DNA of 32,000 nucleotides, taken from assembly GCF_000009045.1 (NCBI RefSeq), contig NC_000964.3, positions 3,570,001-3,602,000 on the forward strand, in the 5' to 3' direction. The position numbers were made by a program, and so were the translations under genes. The notes under the pieces are model-generated. The model ran no database searches, had not been told where the DNA came from, and was given only the letters and a program-made list of their open reading frames with translations. The stretch is from Bacillus subtilis subsp. subtilis str. 168 (GTDB lineage Bacteria; Bacillota; Bacilli; Bacillales; Bacillaceae). Below, in pieces: positions 10,053-19,610 of the stretch (its first letter is position 1; each line of letters opens with the position of its first letter).

Positions 10053-11963
10053 CTAAGACTGAAAATCAAATAACTGAGAAATCATTTCTTCTTTTTCAAA
10101 CAGCTTTTCAATACTCTCGCGGATATTTTTGATAAAATCTCTTTTTTCTGTTGTCTGTTTTTTTAATTCAGCAACAATTCCATCATTTGCAGGAAGCGCA
10201 CCTGTGTGGAATGATTCATGAACTGAGATTTTCTCCAATTTATCGAATGTGTGGCTGAAACCAGCTGCAAGCCGGAATTGAAGATCGAAGGCATAATGCG
10301 AAGGGTTTTCTTCCATATGATGAATAGCCGTGATGATCGCCTGCTTTTTGTCTATGAAGTCTTCATCGATTTCCTGACTGTAAACCTTCTGGTACTTAGA
10401 AATCGCATCTTCCATATCTTCAACGATTTTCATACCGTTTTGATAGATTCTGACAGCGGATGAGAGATTGACTTGAATCGTTTCTCCCGAGCCACTCTTC
10501 CCTGTAAAATAAATATCGGAGCCTTTATAGCTGAAGCCTTTTTCCTTTGACAAGGCGTTGAGCATTTGAACGATGCTGTGGCCGTCGACGATAAGTTTTA
10601 GTGCGTCTTTTGTTTCTGTGTCGAGTGTTTTCAATGAGGACAGAATTGATTTTACATAGTCCACTATTTCACCAACGTCTTTTAAAGCTTGCATAAATTG
10701 GCCATGTTTTAGATGGTCTATGAAATGTTCGTACCGTGACTCTATGCCTCGCATACTCGCATTAATATTCGTTAATTCTTTTTTGATGACTTTCTTTTGC
10801 GTTTCATCAATATAACCATTTTCAGCTAACTGATCTACGACCGGTCCGCTGTTTCTCAACAAGGTATGAAGAAAACCTAAAAACGACGGCAGTTCCTCTT
10901 TTATTCGGCCATACATTTGCTTAACATCATCAAAATGCTCATATAGGACACTTACTTTCTTTAAAGCGCCGTCTGTGTTTTTCACTTTTTCAATCAGGTC
11001 TATGTCTATCCCGCTGGCTGCCTTTATAAAACCGTTCAAGCCGTCTTTTTCATAGTCATCCTTATATTTTTGAAGGAATTTTTGAATTGACCTCACATCT
11101 TCGTCAGGAACCCCATCCATAATGTTTCGGATGCCTTTTACACTTGTATTTGTATCTGCCATCTTCACATCACCGAATGTAATAAAATCGGCCTTGCCGC
11201 TGACTCCATACAGCGGGTCATCTTTTGAGATGCGCTGAGTGATGTTTGTTGTTACGCCTTTGTCTTCATAATATTTTTGGATTTCTTTTTTTAACTTTTC
11301 TGGCGGGATGGAATCTATATCTTCATATTTATAACTAAATTTCCTAATAACATATCTATATAAACTTTCATCAGTTTCAAGTAATTGATCAATATTGACT
11401 TGAGCTCCATTTACCCCATAAACTTCATCATATTCTCCATCAATCAATTGCACCATAACTTGGTTATTATTTGCAAGTGAATGTCCTAAGGCGAATGTTT
11501 TTAAATCCTCAGAGTTACCTGCTGCTTTCTTTGCTTTGTTAGTAAACTCCTTTGTAGCCTCATACTGACTATGATCAATTCCTAAAAAAAGACCAAAAAA
11601 GTTATATGACCAATCCTTATTATCGGCACTACCTTCTGAAATAATCTGAAGCTGATCAATATGTTTTTTCTCATCTATTATATGGATTGCCGTTCCATCG
11701 TAACCTGATTCTCTGGTCGAACTTTGTATACTTGTATTCTGATTTACAAGTTCATTGGAGGTGTAAATTTCAATTTTCATATTCTCAGGAAGATCGTGGT
11801 GGGTTTCCTCTTTATAAATTCTGCGTATATCTGCTTCGAAATCCTTCTTAGCTTTCTTAACTTCACTCGCAATAGTTGAGGCAAACTTTTGTTTATAGTC
11901 ATATTCTAAATCAATTAACCTTAACTTTACGTTCTCATTCTCAAATACATTTTTATTTCCCAT
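10053..11963 (-). CDS. yvcB: YvcB-like protein, 636 aa: N-terminal alpha/beta-hydrolase (lipase)-like region, long alpha-helical C-terminal region
   Basis: Located between bmrA and the his operon and directly downstream of the yvcA-like gene. Contains KTFALGHSLANNNQVMV (Ser162 of a GxSx(A) nucleophile elbow, codon 11478-11480), then hundreds of residues of charged helical sequence. The symbol is by synteny. Confidence 0.75.
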   Translation of the reverse strand: MGNKNVFENENVKLRLIDLEYDYKQKFASTIASEVKKAKKDFEADIRRIYKEETHHDLPENMKIEIYTSNELVNQNTSIQSSTRESGYDGTAIHIIDEKKHIDQLQIISEGSADNKDWSYNFFGLFLGIDHSQYEATKEFTNKAKKAAGNSEDLKTFALGHSLANNNQVMVQLIDGEYDEVYGVNGAQVNIDQLLETDESLYRYVIRKFSYKYEDIDSIPPEKLKKEIQKYYEDKGVTTNITQRISKDDPLYGVSGKADFITFGDVKMADTNTSVKGIRNIMDGVPDEDVRSIQKFLQKYKDDYEKDGLNGFIKAASGIDIDLIEKVKNTDGALKKVSVLYEHFDDVKQMYGRIKEELPSFLGFLHTLLRNSGPVVDQLAENGYIDETQKKVIKKELTNINASMRGIESRYEHFIDHLKHGQFMQALKDVGEIVDYVKSILSSLKTLDTETKDALKLIVDGHSIVQMLNALSKEKGFSYKGSDIYFTGKSGSGETIQVNLSSAVRIYQNGMKIVEDMEDAISKYQKVYSQEIDEDFIDKKQAIITAIHHMEENPSHYAFDLQFRLAAGFSHTFDKLEKISVHESFHTGALPANDGIVAELKKQTTEKRDFIKNIRESIEKLFEKEEMISQLFDFQS

Positions 11964-11964
11964 C

Positions 11965-12690
11965 TTATTTCTCCTTTTTATCTATTAAAAAGGTGATAGA
12001 ATTAATTAATTTCTCAACTTTATTTTTAGCCTTTTCTTCATCTAAGGAGCATGGTTGATTTTCATTTTTGCATCCAAGGGTAAAGGCGTATTCTACTCCT
12101 AGGTTATCTTCCTCTGTAGACTTAACATATCCAAAATAACTGTATGAATAATTATATTTTCTATCAATATCGTCAAAGATGTCTTTTTTCTTGGCAGTGT
12201 AAATATCCGTTTTCTTTTTGCTGCTTTTTTTGTATTCGCCTTTATAATCATTTTTTCCACTAACAATATCTAGCATTGTCTTAGGTTCATTCGCAAAACT
12301 TTCTTCTTTGTAATATGTTACATGGCCATCAAACATTACATTGGTGTCTTTATCATAACTATTAAATCCAATACTTTCTTTGTTTTTCCCGGTTAACGAT
12401 GATCTTCTTGATAGATACTTTCCATCCTCCGGAAACAACATCCTAAACCCTTTCAGCTTAGATTCCAGCAAATAATATCCTGGTTCCTCTTCTTTTGTTG
12501 ACACCATGTACTCTCTCGTTTTCTCGTCCTGAAACGCAGGTACTTGAGGCAGATCCTTGGGATCCATGTCTTTTGGTTTTACCGCTTCTGTTTTATTGTC
12601 ATTTGTGCTGTTTTTATCATTGTCATTCATACTGCATCCTCCTGTCAGGGCAAGTAATAAGCTGAAGCAAATAAAGATGATCTTTTTCAT
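11965..12690 (-). CDS. yvcA: YvcA-like lipoprotein, 241 aa
   Basis: Signal peptide and lipobox MKKIIFICFSLLLALTGGC-SMNDNDKN; RBS GTGGAGGTT upstream; synteny between bmrA and hisI. Its stop lies 2 nt before the start of the yvcB-like gene. Confidence 0.82.
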   Translation of the reverse strand: MKKIIFICFSLLLALTGGCSMNDNDKNSTNDNKTEAVKPKDMDPKDLPQVPAFQDEKTREYMVSTKEEEPGYYLLESKLKGFRMLFPEDGKYLSRRSSLTGKNKESIGFNSYDKDTNVMFDGHVTYYKEESFANEPKTMLDIVSGKNDYKGEYKKSSKKKTDIYTAKKKDIFDDIDRKYNYSYSYFGYVKSTEEDNLGVEYAFTLGCKNENQPCSLDEEKAKNKVEKLINSITFLIDKKEK

Positions 12691-12911
12691 TACGAACCTC
12701 CACGGGTTTTGTGAGAATAGTATTCTATTTTTATATCAAAAATAATTCTATTGACCTGGTTAAGAGATGATTATTTCATCCTTTTTCATGTTACATCATG
12801 GCGGAATTTGGATAAATAGGAAATGAGACTCGGTTTTGATCTCCTTTTATTAACTAATCATATATAACACCCAATATAAATCTAAATACCTATTACTTTT
12901 TTCACAAAACA

Positions 12912-12938
12912 AAAAGAGCCGTATCATCCGGCTCTTTA
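12912..12938 (-). terminator. Histidine operon terminator, overlapping the hisI stop codon
   Basis: AAAGAGCC...GGCTCTTT hairpin with TTTTTGTTTTG tail on the minus strand; the hisI TAA (12936-12938) touches the stem. Confidence 0.88.
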
Positions 12939-13565
12939 CTCTTCAATCTCAGAATGGCGTTTTTTCAATACGTCAAGCACATCATCCAGCGGCAGGGATT
13001 GTTCTCTGAGCAGGACAAGCAGGTGATACAGCAGGTCTGCCGCTTCCCATTTGAGTTCCTCATGATCCCGGTTTTTCGCGGCGATGATGACTTCGGATGC
13101 TTCTTCTCCGACTTTTTTCAAAATCTTATCGACGCCTTCACGGAAGAGGTACGTGGTGTAAGCTCCTTCAGGCATTTCCGCTTGGCGTTCCGCGATCACC
13201 CGCTCCAGTTCGTTCATGATGCCGAATCGGTCCGCGGCCTGTTCTTCTGTTTGTTCCTTTGTAAAACAGCTGTAGCTGCCAGTGTGGCATGCCGGGCCTG
13301 ACGGTTCTACGAGTACGAGCAGCGCGTCTTGATCGCAGTCATACCGGATACCTTTGACGGCTTGCGTGTTCCCTGAGGTTTCTCCTTTATGCCATAACGC
13401 TTGGCGTGAGCGGCTGTAAAACCATGTTTCCTTCGTTTCCAGCGTTTTTTCGTACGATTCCTTGTTCATATACGCAAGTGTCAGCACTTCTTTGCTTGCC
13501 GCATCCTGCACGATAGCAGGAATTAATCCGTCCTCGTTAAAACGCAGTTCATCTGCCTGTTTCAT
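12936..13565 (-). CDS. hisI: Bifunctional phosphoribosyl-AMP cyclohydrolase / phosphoribosyl-ATP pyrophosphatase, 209 aa
   Basis: [41 protein letters not shown] (HisI) followed by a HisE domain ([29 protein letters not shown]). Confidence 0.96.
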   Translation of the reverse strand: MKQADELRFNEDGLIPAIVQDAASKEVLTLAYMNKESYEKTLETKETWFYSRSRQALWHKGETSGNTQAVKGIRYDCDQDALLVLVEPSGPACHTGSYSCFTKEQTEEQAADRFGIMNELERVIAERQAEMPEGAYTTYLFREGVDKILKKVGEEASEVIIAAKNRDHEELKWEAADLLYHLLVLLREQSLPLDDVLDVLKKRHSEIEE

Positions 13566-14320
13566 CTCACATTCACCCCGTACTCTTTCAAGTATGATTT
13601 CACTTCTTTAATCGATGTTTCTTTATAATGAAAAATTGAGGCGGCCAGCGCGGCGTCGGCTTCTCCTTTTGTAAAAGCCTCAAGCATATGCTGTGCGTTT
13701 CCCGCGCCTCCCGAAGCGATAACAGGGACGGGGACAGCTTCGGAAACAAGCTTTGTCAGCGTGTGGTCGAAACCTTTTTTCTCACCGTCGGAGTCCATGC
13801 TTGTCAGCAATATTTCTCCTGCCCCGCGTTTGACGCCTTCTTTTGCCCACGCGGTGACCTCCCAATCTGTTTTCTTTCTGCCGCCGTGCGTGTAGACCTT
13901 ATATGTGTCAGATTCTTTGTCATACTTGGCATCAATGGCAAGTACGATGCATTGAGAACCGAAAAACTCGGCTCCTTCTGTAATCAGCTCAGGGCGGAGA
14001 ACAGCTGCCGTGTTCACCGACACTTTGTCCGCTCCGGCACGCAGTATCGTTTTCATATCGCTGAGCTGATTGATGCCGCCGCCGACTGTAAACGGAATGG
14101 CAAGCTTCGCGGCAACCTGCTCCACAACGTCAACCATCGTCTTTCGTCCTTCGTGCGAGGCGGAGATATCAAGAAAAACAAGTTCATCCGCACCTTCCCG
14201 GTCGTACACTTCGGCGAGTTCAACTGGGTCACCGGCATCCTTCAATTCGAGAAATTGAATTCCTTTGACAACGCGTCCTTCTTTGACATCAAGGCATGGG
14301 ATAATCCGTTTTGTGATCAT
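13562..14320 (-). CDS. hisF: Imidazole glycerol phosphate synthase cyclase subunit, 252 aa
   Basis: [23 protein letters not shown]; (beta-alpha)8 barrel motifs [10 protein letters not shown]. Confidence 0.97.
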   Translation of the reverse strand: MITKRIIPCLDVKEGRVVKGIQFLELKDAGDPVELAEVYDREGADELVFLDISASHEGRKTMVDVVEQVAAKLAIPFTVGGGINQLSDMKTILRAGADKVSVNTAAVLRPELITEGAEFFGSQCIVLAIDAKYDKESDTYKVYTHGGRKKTDWEVTAWAKEGVKRGAGEILLTSMDSDGEKKGFDHTLTKLVSEAVPVPVIASGGAGNAQHMLEAFTKGEADAALAASIFHYKETSIKEVKSYLKEYGVNVR

Positions 14321-15054
14321 TTGCGCTTCACCCTTTCAAGCGCCTCACTCAGCGTAAACTGATTGGTATACAGCGCTTTTCCGATGATCGCTCCAGAGAC
14401 GCCGTCCGCCTCATTGCGGGCGAGAGCTTCGAGATCCGCGACGGAGCTGACTCCGCCGGAAGCGATCACCGATTTCCCCGTTTCCTTAGCAAGCTCGACC
14501 GTGCTTTTAACATTGGGGCCTGACAGCATTCCATCTGTCGCGATGTCAGTAAAAATAAAGACTTCCGCACCTTCATTGGCTAGCTCTTTGCCCAGTTCAG
14601 TTGCCTTAAGGGTTGATGTTTCAAGCCATCCCTCTGTTGAAACAAAACCGTTTCTCGCATCCAGTCCGATTGCAATTTTCTCGCCATATTGTTTCAGCAT
14701 TTTTTTGACAAACGGAGGGTTAGAAACTGCTGAGCTTCCCAGGATCACCCGCTCGACTCCTGCTGATAAATATTCATAGACGTCATTTTCAGAACGGATC
14801 CCACCGCCGATTTCGACTTTCAGGTTCAGCTTTTGCGCAATCTCAATCACATGGCGGTCATTCACTCTTTTCCCTTCTTTGGCCCCGTCGAGATCAACGA
14901 GATGGATCCATTCGGCACCCTCTTTCTCAAATAACTCAGCCATGTCGTACGGTGAATCGCCATATATCGTTTCCTTATTATAATCCCCTTGAACAAGGCG
15001 AACACATTTGCCGTTTCTCATATCAATTGCCGGATATAATGTAAAAGCACTCAT
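14317..15054 (-). CDS. hisA: ProFAR isomerase, 245 aa
   Basis: [30 protein letters not shown]; VIASGGVSS. Confidence 0.97.
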   Translation of the reverse strand: MSAFTLYPAIDMRNGKCVRLVQGDYNKETIYGDSPYDMAELFEKEGAEWIHLVDLDGAKEGKRVNDRHVIEIAQKLNLKVEIGGGIRSENDVYEYLSAGVERVILGSSAVSNPPFVKKMLKQYGEKIAIGLDARNGFVSTEGWLETSTLKATELGKELANEGAEVFIFTDIATDGMLSGPNVKSTVELAKETGKSVIASGGVSSVADLEALARNEADGVSGAIIGKALYTNQFTLSEALERVKRK

Positions 15055-15689
15055 TTTTTCACCTTCTGTTCTGCTGCCATTTTCGTAAATTGGGTTAAAA
15101 TAGACATTCCGACCGTGCTGCTTTTTTCCGGATGAAATTGGGCGCCGAAGACGTTTCTTTTTCCGACTACAGCAGGCACTCGTACACCATAATCGGCGCT
15201 TGCCAGAAGCGCGTTCTCCTCCATCCCGTCAATGTAATAGGAATGAACGAAGTAAGCGTAGCCTTGTTCTGTTTTAGTCAGCAGCGGAGATTCATTATGA
15301 AAAGAAAGACGATTCCAGCCCATATGCGGAACCTTCAGCTTGTTTCCTTTTTCATCTTCTGCTTTCAGCCTGACTGCTTTTCCTTTTAACAGCCCGAGTC
15401 CTGAAGCGGTGCCGTTTTCTTCGCTTTCTTCAAATAAAAGCTGCATGCCGAGGCAGATCCCGAGAAGCAGCCTTCCCTCTGAGACCATATCGTGAATCAA
15501 TTGATCAAGCTTCGTGTAGCCCAAATTGTCCATCGCGTCTCCAAATGAACCGACTCCCGGCAAAATGAAAGCATCAGCTTCTTTCAGCTCCTCCGGCTTT
15601 TCAGAAACAAAATACGGCACGCCGACACGTTCAAGCGCCTTTGAGACACTGTATAAATTCCCCATTCCGTAATCTATCACGCCGATCAT
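15051..15689 (-). CDS. hisH: Imidazole glycerol phosphate synthase glutaminase subunit, 212 aa
   Basis: [39 protein letters not shown]. Confidence 0.97.
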   Translation of the reverse strand: MIGVIDYGMGNLYSVSKALERVGVPYFVSEKPEELKEADAFILPGVGSFGDAMDNLGYTKLDQLIHDMVSEGRLLLGICLGMQLLFEESEENGTASGLGLLKGKAVRLKAEDEKGNKLKVPHMGWNRLSFHNESPLLTKTEQGYAYFVHSYYIDGMEENALLASADYGVRVPAVVGKRNVFGAQFHPEKSSTVGMSILTQFTKMAAEQKVKK

Positions 15690-16274
15690 TTACAGCATCC
15701 CTTTCGTTGACGGTATTCCTTTAACTCGCGGATCGATCGTTGTCGCTTCATCAAGCGCACGTCCCAGTGCTTTAAAAACGGCTTCAATCATGTGGTGGGT
15801 ATTTGTTCCATAATGAACGATGACGTGCAGGTTCATTCGAGCTTCGAGCGCCAGCTTCCACAAAAATTCATGTACAAGCTCCGTATCGAAAGTTCCGACT
15901 TTAGCAGCCGGGAAATCAGCGCGCATTTCTAAGTGCGGCCGGTTGCTTAAATCAATCACAACTTGAGCAAGTGCCTCATCCATCGGCACAAACGCCGATC
16001 CGTAGCGTTTGATTCCTTTTTTATCGCCCAACGCTTCGAGCAGCGCCTGCCCTAAGCAGATGCCGATATCTTCAGTCGTGTGGTGATCATCTATATCAAC
16101 ATCGCCTTTTGCGTTAATGGAAAGATCAAATTGGCCGTGTTTCGTGAATAAATCCAACATATGTGTCATAAACGGCACATCTGTTTTAATATCCGCTTGT
16201 CCTCCGCCGTCTATTGTAAATGCCAGCTCAATATCTGTTTCGTTTGTTTTCCTGACGCGTTCCGCTTTTCTCAT
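15690..16274 (-). CDS. hisB: Imidazoleglycerol-phosphate dehydratase, 194 aa
   Basis: [51 protein letters not shown]. Confidence 0.97.
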   Translation of the reverse strand: MRKAERVRKTNETDIELAFTIDGGGQADIKTDVPFMTHMLDLFTKHGQFDLSINAKGDVDIDDHHTTEDIGICLGQALLEALGDKKGIKRYGSAFVPMDEALAQVVIDLSNRPHLEMRADFPAAKVGTFDTELVHEFLWKLALEARMNLHVIVHYGTNTHHMIEAVFKALGRALDEATTIDPRVKGIPSTKGML

Positions 16275-17554
16275 TTAGAAATCCTCCGTTCTCTCGCTTC
16301 AATTGATCTGGCATGGGCTTCTAACCCTTCCAGTCTGGCAAAAGCCGCGATGCTTTCGGCATGTTCTTCAAAGGCTGATTGACTGTAAGAAATAATGCTC
16401 GATTTCTTTTGAAAATCAGTTACGTTTAATGGACTTGAAAATCTGGCTGTTCCGTTTGTCGGAAGCACATGGTTCGGTCCGGCAAAATAATCACCGACAG
16501 GCTCAGGGCTGTATCTGCCTAAGAAAATTGCACCCGCATGTTTGATACTGCCAAGCAAAGCTTCCGGAGACTGTGTTATGATTTCTAAATGCTCTGGCGC
16601 GAGTGTATTGACAGTCTCAATCGCTTCTACCATTGTTTCCGCCACATATATACAACCGTAATCTCTCACTGAAGCTTCCGCTATTTCTCTTCGCGGCAAG
16701 GTTTCCAGCTGCTTATTCACCTCGGCTGAAACCGTCTCGGCCAGCGCCATGGAATCTGTGACAAACACACATGAGCTAAGCTTATCGTGTTCCGCCTGTG
16801 ACAGCAGATCGGCTGCAATTTCGCTCGGAATCGCTGTTTCATCAGCCAGCACGACGATTTCACTCGGTCCGGCAATCATATCGATATCGACATCGCCGAA
16901 CACTTCTCGTTTGGCAAGCGCGACATAAATGTTGCCCGGACCCGTGATTTTATCCACCGGCTCAATGGTTTCTGTTCCGTATGCTAACGCCGCAATCGCC
17001 TGAGCGCCGCCCATTTTGTAAATGTCTTTTATGCCCAGCTCGGCTGCAGCAACCAAAACTCCAGGAGACAGCAGACCGTCTTTTCCCGGAGGCGTGACGA
17101 GAACGATTCTTTCAACGCCCGCTACGAGCGCCGGAATCACATTCATCAAAACAGATGAAGGATATGCGGCCGTTCCCCCCGGCACATATACACCGGCGGA
17201 ATCCAGCGCCGTCACTTTCTGCCCCAGCATTGTGCCGTCCTTTCTGTGATAAAACCAGGAGGATTGCAGCTGTCTTTCGTGATATTCCCTAATATTTTCG
17301 ATTGCCTGCCTAATCACCTGAAGAAGACGTGAATCCAGTGAGGTGTATGCCTCCTCAAATTCTTCTTTTGTGACCAGCGGGCTGTCTATTTCGATGCAGT
17401 CAAATTTCGCCGTGTAGCTGCGAACCGCCTGATCACCGTTTGCTTTAACATCTTCAATAATGGACCGGACCGTCTTTCTTTGCTCTTCCGTTCCGGCATC
17501 GATGGAACGCTTGAGAGAAAGCCGTTCCGCTCCGCTGATGGTTTTGATCTTCAT
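16271..17554 (-). CDS. hisD: Histidinol dehydrogenase, 427 aa
   Basis: [38 protein letters not shown]; [19 protein letters not shown]. Confidence 0.97.
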   Translation of the reverse strand: MKIKTISGAERLSLKRSIDAGTEEQRKTVRSIIEDVKANGDQAVRSYTAKFDCIEIDSPLVTKEEFEEAYTSLDSRLLQVIRQAIENIREYHERQLQSSWFYHRKDGTMLGQKVTALDSAGVYVPGGTAAYPSSVLMNVIPALVAGVERIVLVTPPGKDGLLSPGVLVAAAELGIKDIYKMGGAQAIAALAYGTETIEPVDKITGPGNIYVALAKREVFGDVDIDMIAGPSEIVVLADETAIPSEIAADLLSQAEHDKLSSCVFVTDSMALAETVSAEVNKQLETLPRREIAEASVRDYGCIYVAETMVEAIETVNTLAPEHLEIITQSPEALLGSIKHAGAIFLGRYSPEPVGDYFAGPNHVLPTNGTARFSSPLNVTDFQKKSSIISYSQSAFEEHAESIAAFARLEGLEAHARSIEARERRISK

Positions 17555-18192
17555 TTTGCCGTCTCTCCTTCCACAACGAGAGATAGGCGGGATGCCATTT
17601 CGTCAATCACATCGTCTTTCATGCGATAGCTTACCGGGTTGACAATAAAGCGAGAGGTAATGTCACAAATGTGCTCCGTTTCAACAAGCCCATTTTCTTT
17701 CAGCGTCTGTCCTGTGGAAACAATGTCCACTATCCGATCTGCAAGCCCAATGAGCGGAGCCAGTTCAATTGAACCGTTGAGCTTAATAATCTCGACTTGT
17801 TCTCCCTGCTCTCTGAAATAACTGGAAGCCACATTCGGATACTTTGTCGCGATTCTTGGCGCTACTCCGCTCCAGTCTGTATTCGGAAGTCCGGCGACAG
17901 CTAAGTGGCATTTGCTGATGTTTAAATCCAGTACCTCATACACATCGCGTTCCTCCTCCAGCATGACATCCTTGCCCGCAATTCCGACGTCTGCCACGCC
18001 ATGCTCCACATACGTGGTTACGTCCATCGGCTTCGCTAATATAAACCGAAGATTTTCCTCCGGCACATCGATGATCAGTTTTCTCGAATCTTCAAACTCC
18101 TCAGGGAGCCTGTAGCCTGCCTGCCTCAGCAGCCCTGCCGCTTCTTCAAATATCCGGCCCTTTGGCATCGCCATTGTGAGTAACTTACCCAT
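17551..18192 (-). CDS. hisG: ATP phosphoribosyltransferase, short form, 213 aa
   Basis: [22 protein letters not shown]...; the internal Met at 18192 fits the short HisG family that works with HisZ. Confidence 0.95.
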   Translation of the reverse strand: MGKLLTMAMPKGRIFEEAAGLLRQAGYRLPEEFEDSRKLIIDVPEENLRFILAKPMDVTTYVEHGVADVGIAGKDVMLEEERDVYEVLDLNISKCHLAVAGLPNTDWSGVAPRIATKYPNVASSYFREQGEQVEIIKLNGSIELAPLIGLADRIVDIVSTGQTLKENGLVETEHICDITSRFIVNPVSYRMKDDVIDEMASRLSLVVEGETAK

Positions 18193-19360
18193 TTTGCTCT
18201 TCCTTTCTGGCACCGATAAAATAAGTGACGTTTGCAAAAGATTTTGTCATCTGGTCGATATTTTCTATTCCCGATAAATCTTGAAGAACCACTTTGTTCC
18301 CTTTCATGCGTTCTTCATTCGCATAAGCGATGGCTTGCGCCCGCTGCTCTTTGCTGAAAATAACAGCGTCTATTTCACAAGGTTCGTCCTTCATATGAAG
18401 GGCTTCAATCAGCCGGTCGATCCGAAGCCCGAAGCCTGTTGCCGGTGCAGGTGAATCAAAATGGCCCAGCAGCTTGTTGTAACGGCCGCCGCTTCCAATG
18501 ACAAAACCGACATTCTCGGCGTACACTTCAAATAAAATCCCTGTGTAATAGCTCATGTGGCTGACCATATTCAGATCCAGGCGGACATTTTCCGTACATC
18601 CGTAATCCTCAAGAATGTCCCACAGCGCCTTCAGCTCATCAACCACGCTTTTTCCTTGCGCAGAATCGACGATTTCCTCGGCACGTCCGCATACTTCTAT
18701 ACCGCCCCGCAGTTCAAGGAGCTCAAGCAGCCTGCTTTTATCAATGGAGGAAAGCGGGAGAGACTTGACATGCTCTCTGTAGCCGACGTAGTTCTTTTCA
18801 TATAAGAACCTCCGCAGCACATCAGCTCGTTCAACGTTTCCGAGCACCTCAACAAACAAAGCATCCGCAATGCCGGCATGGCCAATTGCAATTTTAAAGG
18901 ATGCCAGCCCAGCGTTTTTTAATGCCCCGACGACTAAAGCAATGACCTCCGCATCCGCGCTCGTCGTGCCGTCACCGATTAACTCCACTCCGACCTGCTC
19001 GAACTCAGCCGGACGTCCGCCTTCACGCTCCTGAGCCCTGAATACATTTGCCGCATAGCCGACTCTTAGCGGATGACCGTGTTTCAGAAGCTTCGATGCC
19101 GCCACCCTTGCAATCGGCCCCGTCATATCCGGGCGAAGCACCAATGTCTTGCCGTCCTGATCAAGTAGCTTAAACAGCTGCTGCTCTTCAATTGCTGACT
19201 GGACGCCAACGGTATCGTAAAACTCCAGTGTCGGCGTTTCCATAAATTGATATCCCCATTTATCAATCAAATCGGTTAACGATCGTCTCACCTTTTTTTT
19301 CGTTTCGTATAAACCGGGCAGTGTATCTCTCATGCCGTGCGGTTTTTCAAACATAAACAT
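18185..19360 (-). CDS. hisZ: ATP phosphoribosyltransferase regulatory subunit (HisRS-like), 391 aa
   Basis: [25 protein letters not shown]...; HisRS motif 2-like TGPIARV; adjacent to short hisG. Start set to the internal Met at 19360. Confidence 0.94.
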   Translation of the reverse strand: MFMFEKPHGMRDTLPGLYETKKKVRRSLTDLIDKWGYQFMETPTLEFYDTVGVQSAIEEQQLFKLLDQDGKTLVLRPDMTGPIARVAASKLLKHGHPLRVGYAANVFRAQEREGGRPAEFEQVGVELIGDGTTSADAEVIALVVGALKNAGLASFKIAIGHAGIADALFVEVLGNVERADVLRRFLYEKNYVGYREHVKSLPLSSIDKSRLLELLELRGGIEVCGRAEEIVDSAQGKSVVDELKALWDILEDYGCTENVRLDLNMVSHMSYYTGILFEVYAENVGFVIGSGGRYNKLLGHFDSPAPATGFGLRIDRLIEALHMKDEPCEIDAVIFSKEQRAQAIAYANEERMKGNKVVLQDLSGIENIDQMTKSFANVTYFIGARKEEQNG

Positions 19361-19416
19361 CAACCCGAGCACCTCCGCTGTTATCTTATGAAGGAAAATT
19401 CCGAATCCTTTAGTTC

Positions 19417-19459
19417 GCTAATATGATAATATGTTAGCAGATGAAAGAATGAAAATCAA
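19417..19459 (-). promoter_or_regulatory. Probable his operon promoter with an overlapping dyad operator
   Basis: Minus strand TTGATT (19459-19454), 17-nt spacer, TAACAT (19436-19431). The dyad GCTAACATATTATCATATTAGC (19417-19438) covers the -10. Confidence 0.65.
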
Positions 19460-19610
19460 CGCTTAACTTCAGTAAGGATATTTTTAGTTCAAATATCCTT
19501 CTCCTCATTATGAAAAAATCATGAATAATGTATTAAAGGTACGTAATATCTCAAATTCTTTATGTTTGGCATGCTATAATACAAATCAAATAGAGAACAA
19601 GGAGATAAAG

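Noticed and set aside
9679-12690. Interpretation as a phage or mobile-element defence island
   Set aside because: No integrase, transposase, direct repeats or tRNA attachment site nearby, and the flanks are syntenic core genes; the locus seems resident in B. subtilis-type genomes.
13688-14362. 224-aa plus-strand ORF opposite hisF/hisA
   Set aside because: Complementary to highly conserved his genes; composition typical of an antisense shadow frame, no family resemblance.
19360-19530. T-box riboswitch upstream of the histidine operon
   Set aside because: The his promoter is close to hisZ (short leader of about 65 nt) with no room for a T-box; the visible dyads fit DNA-level control better.
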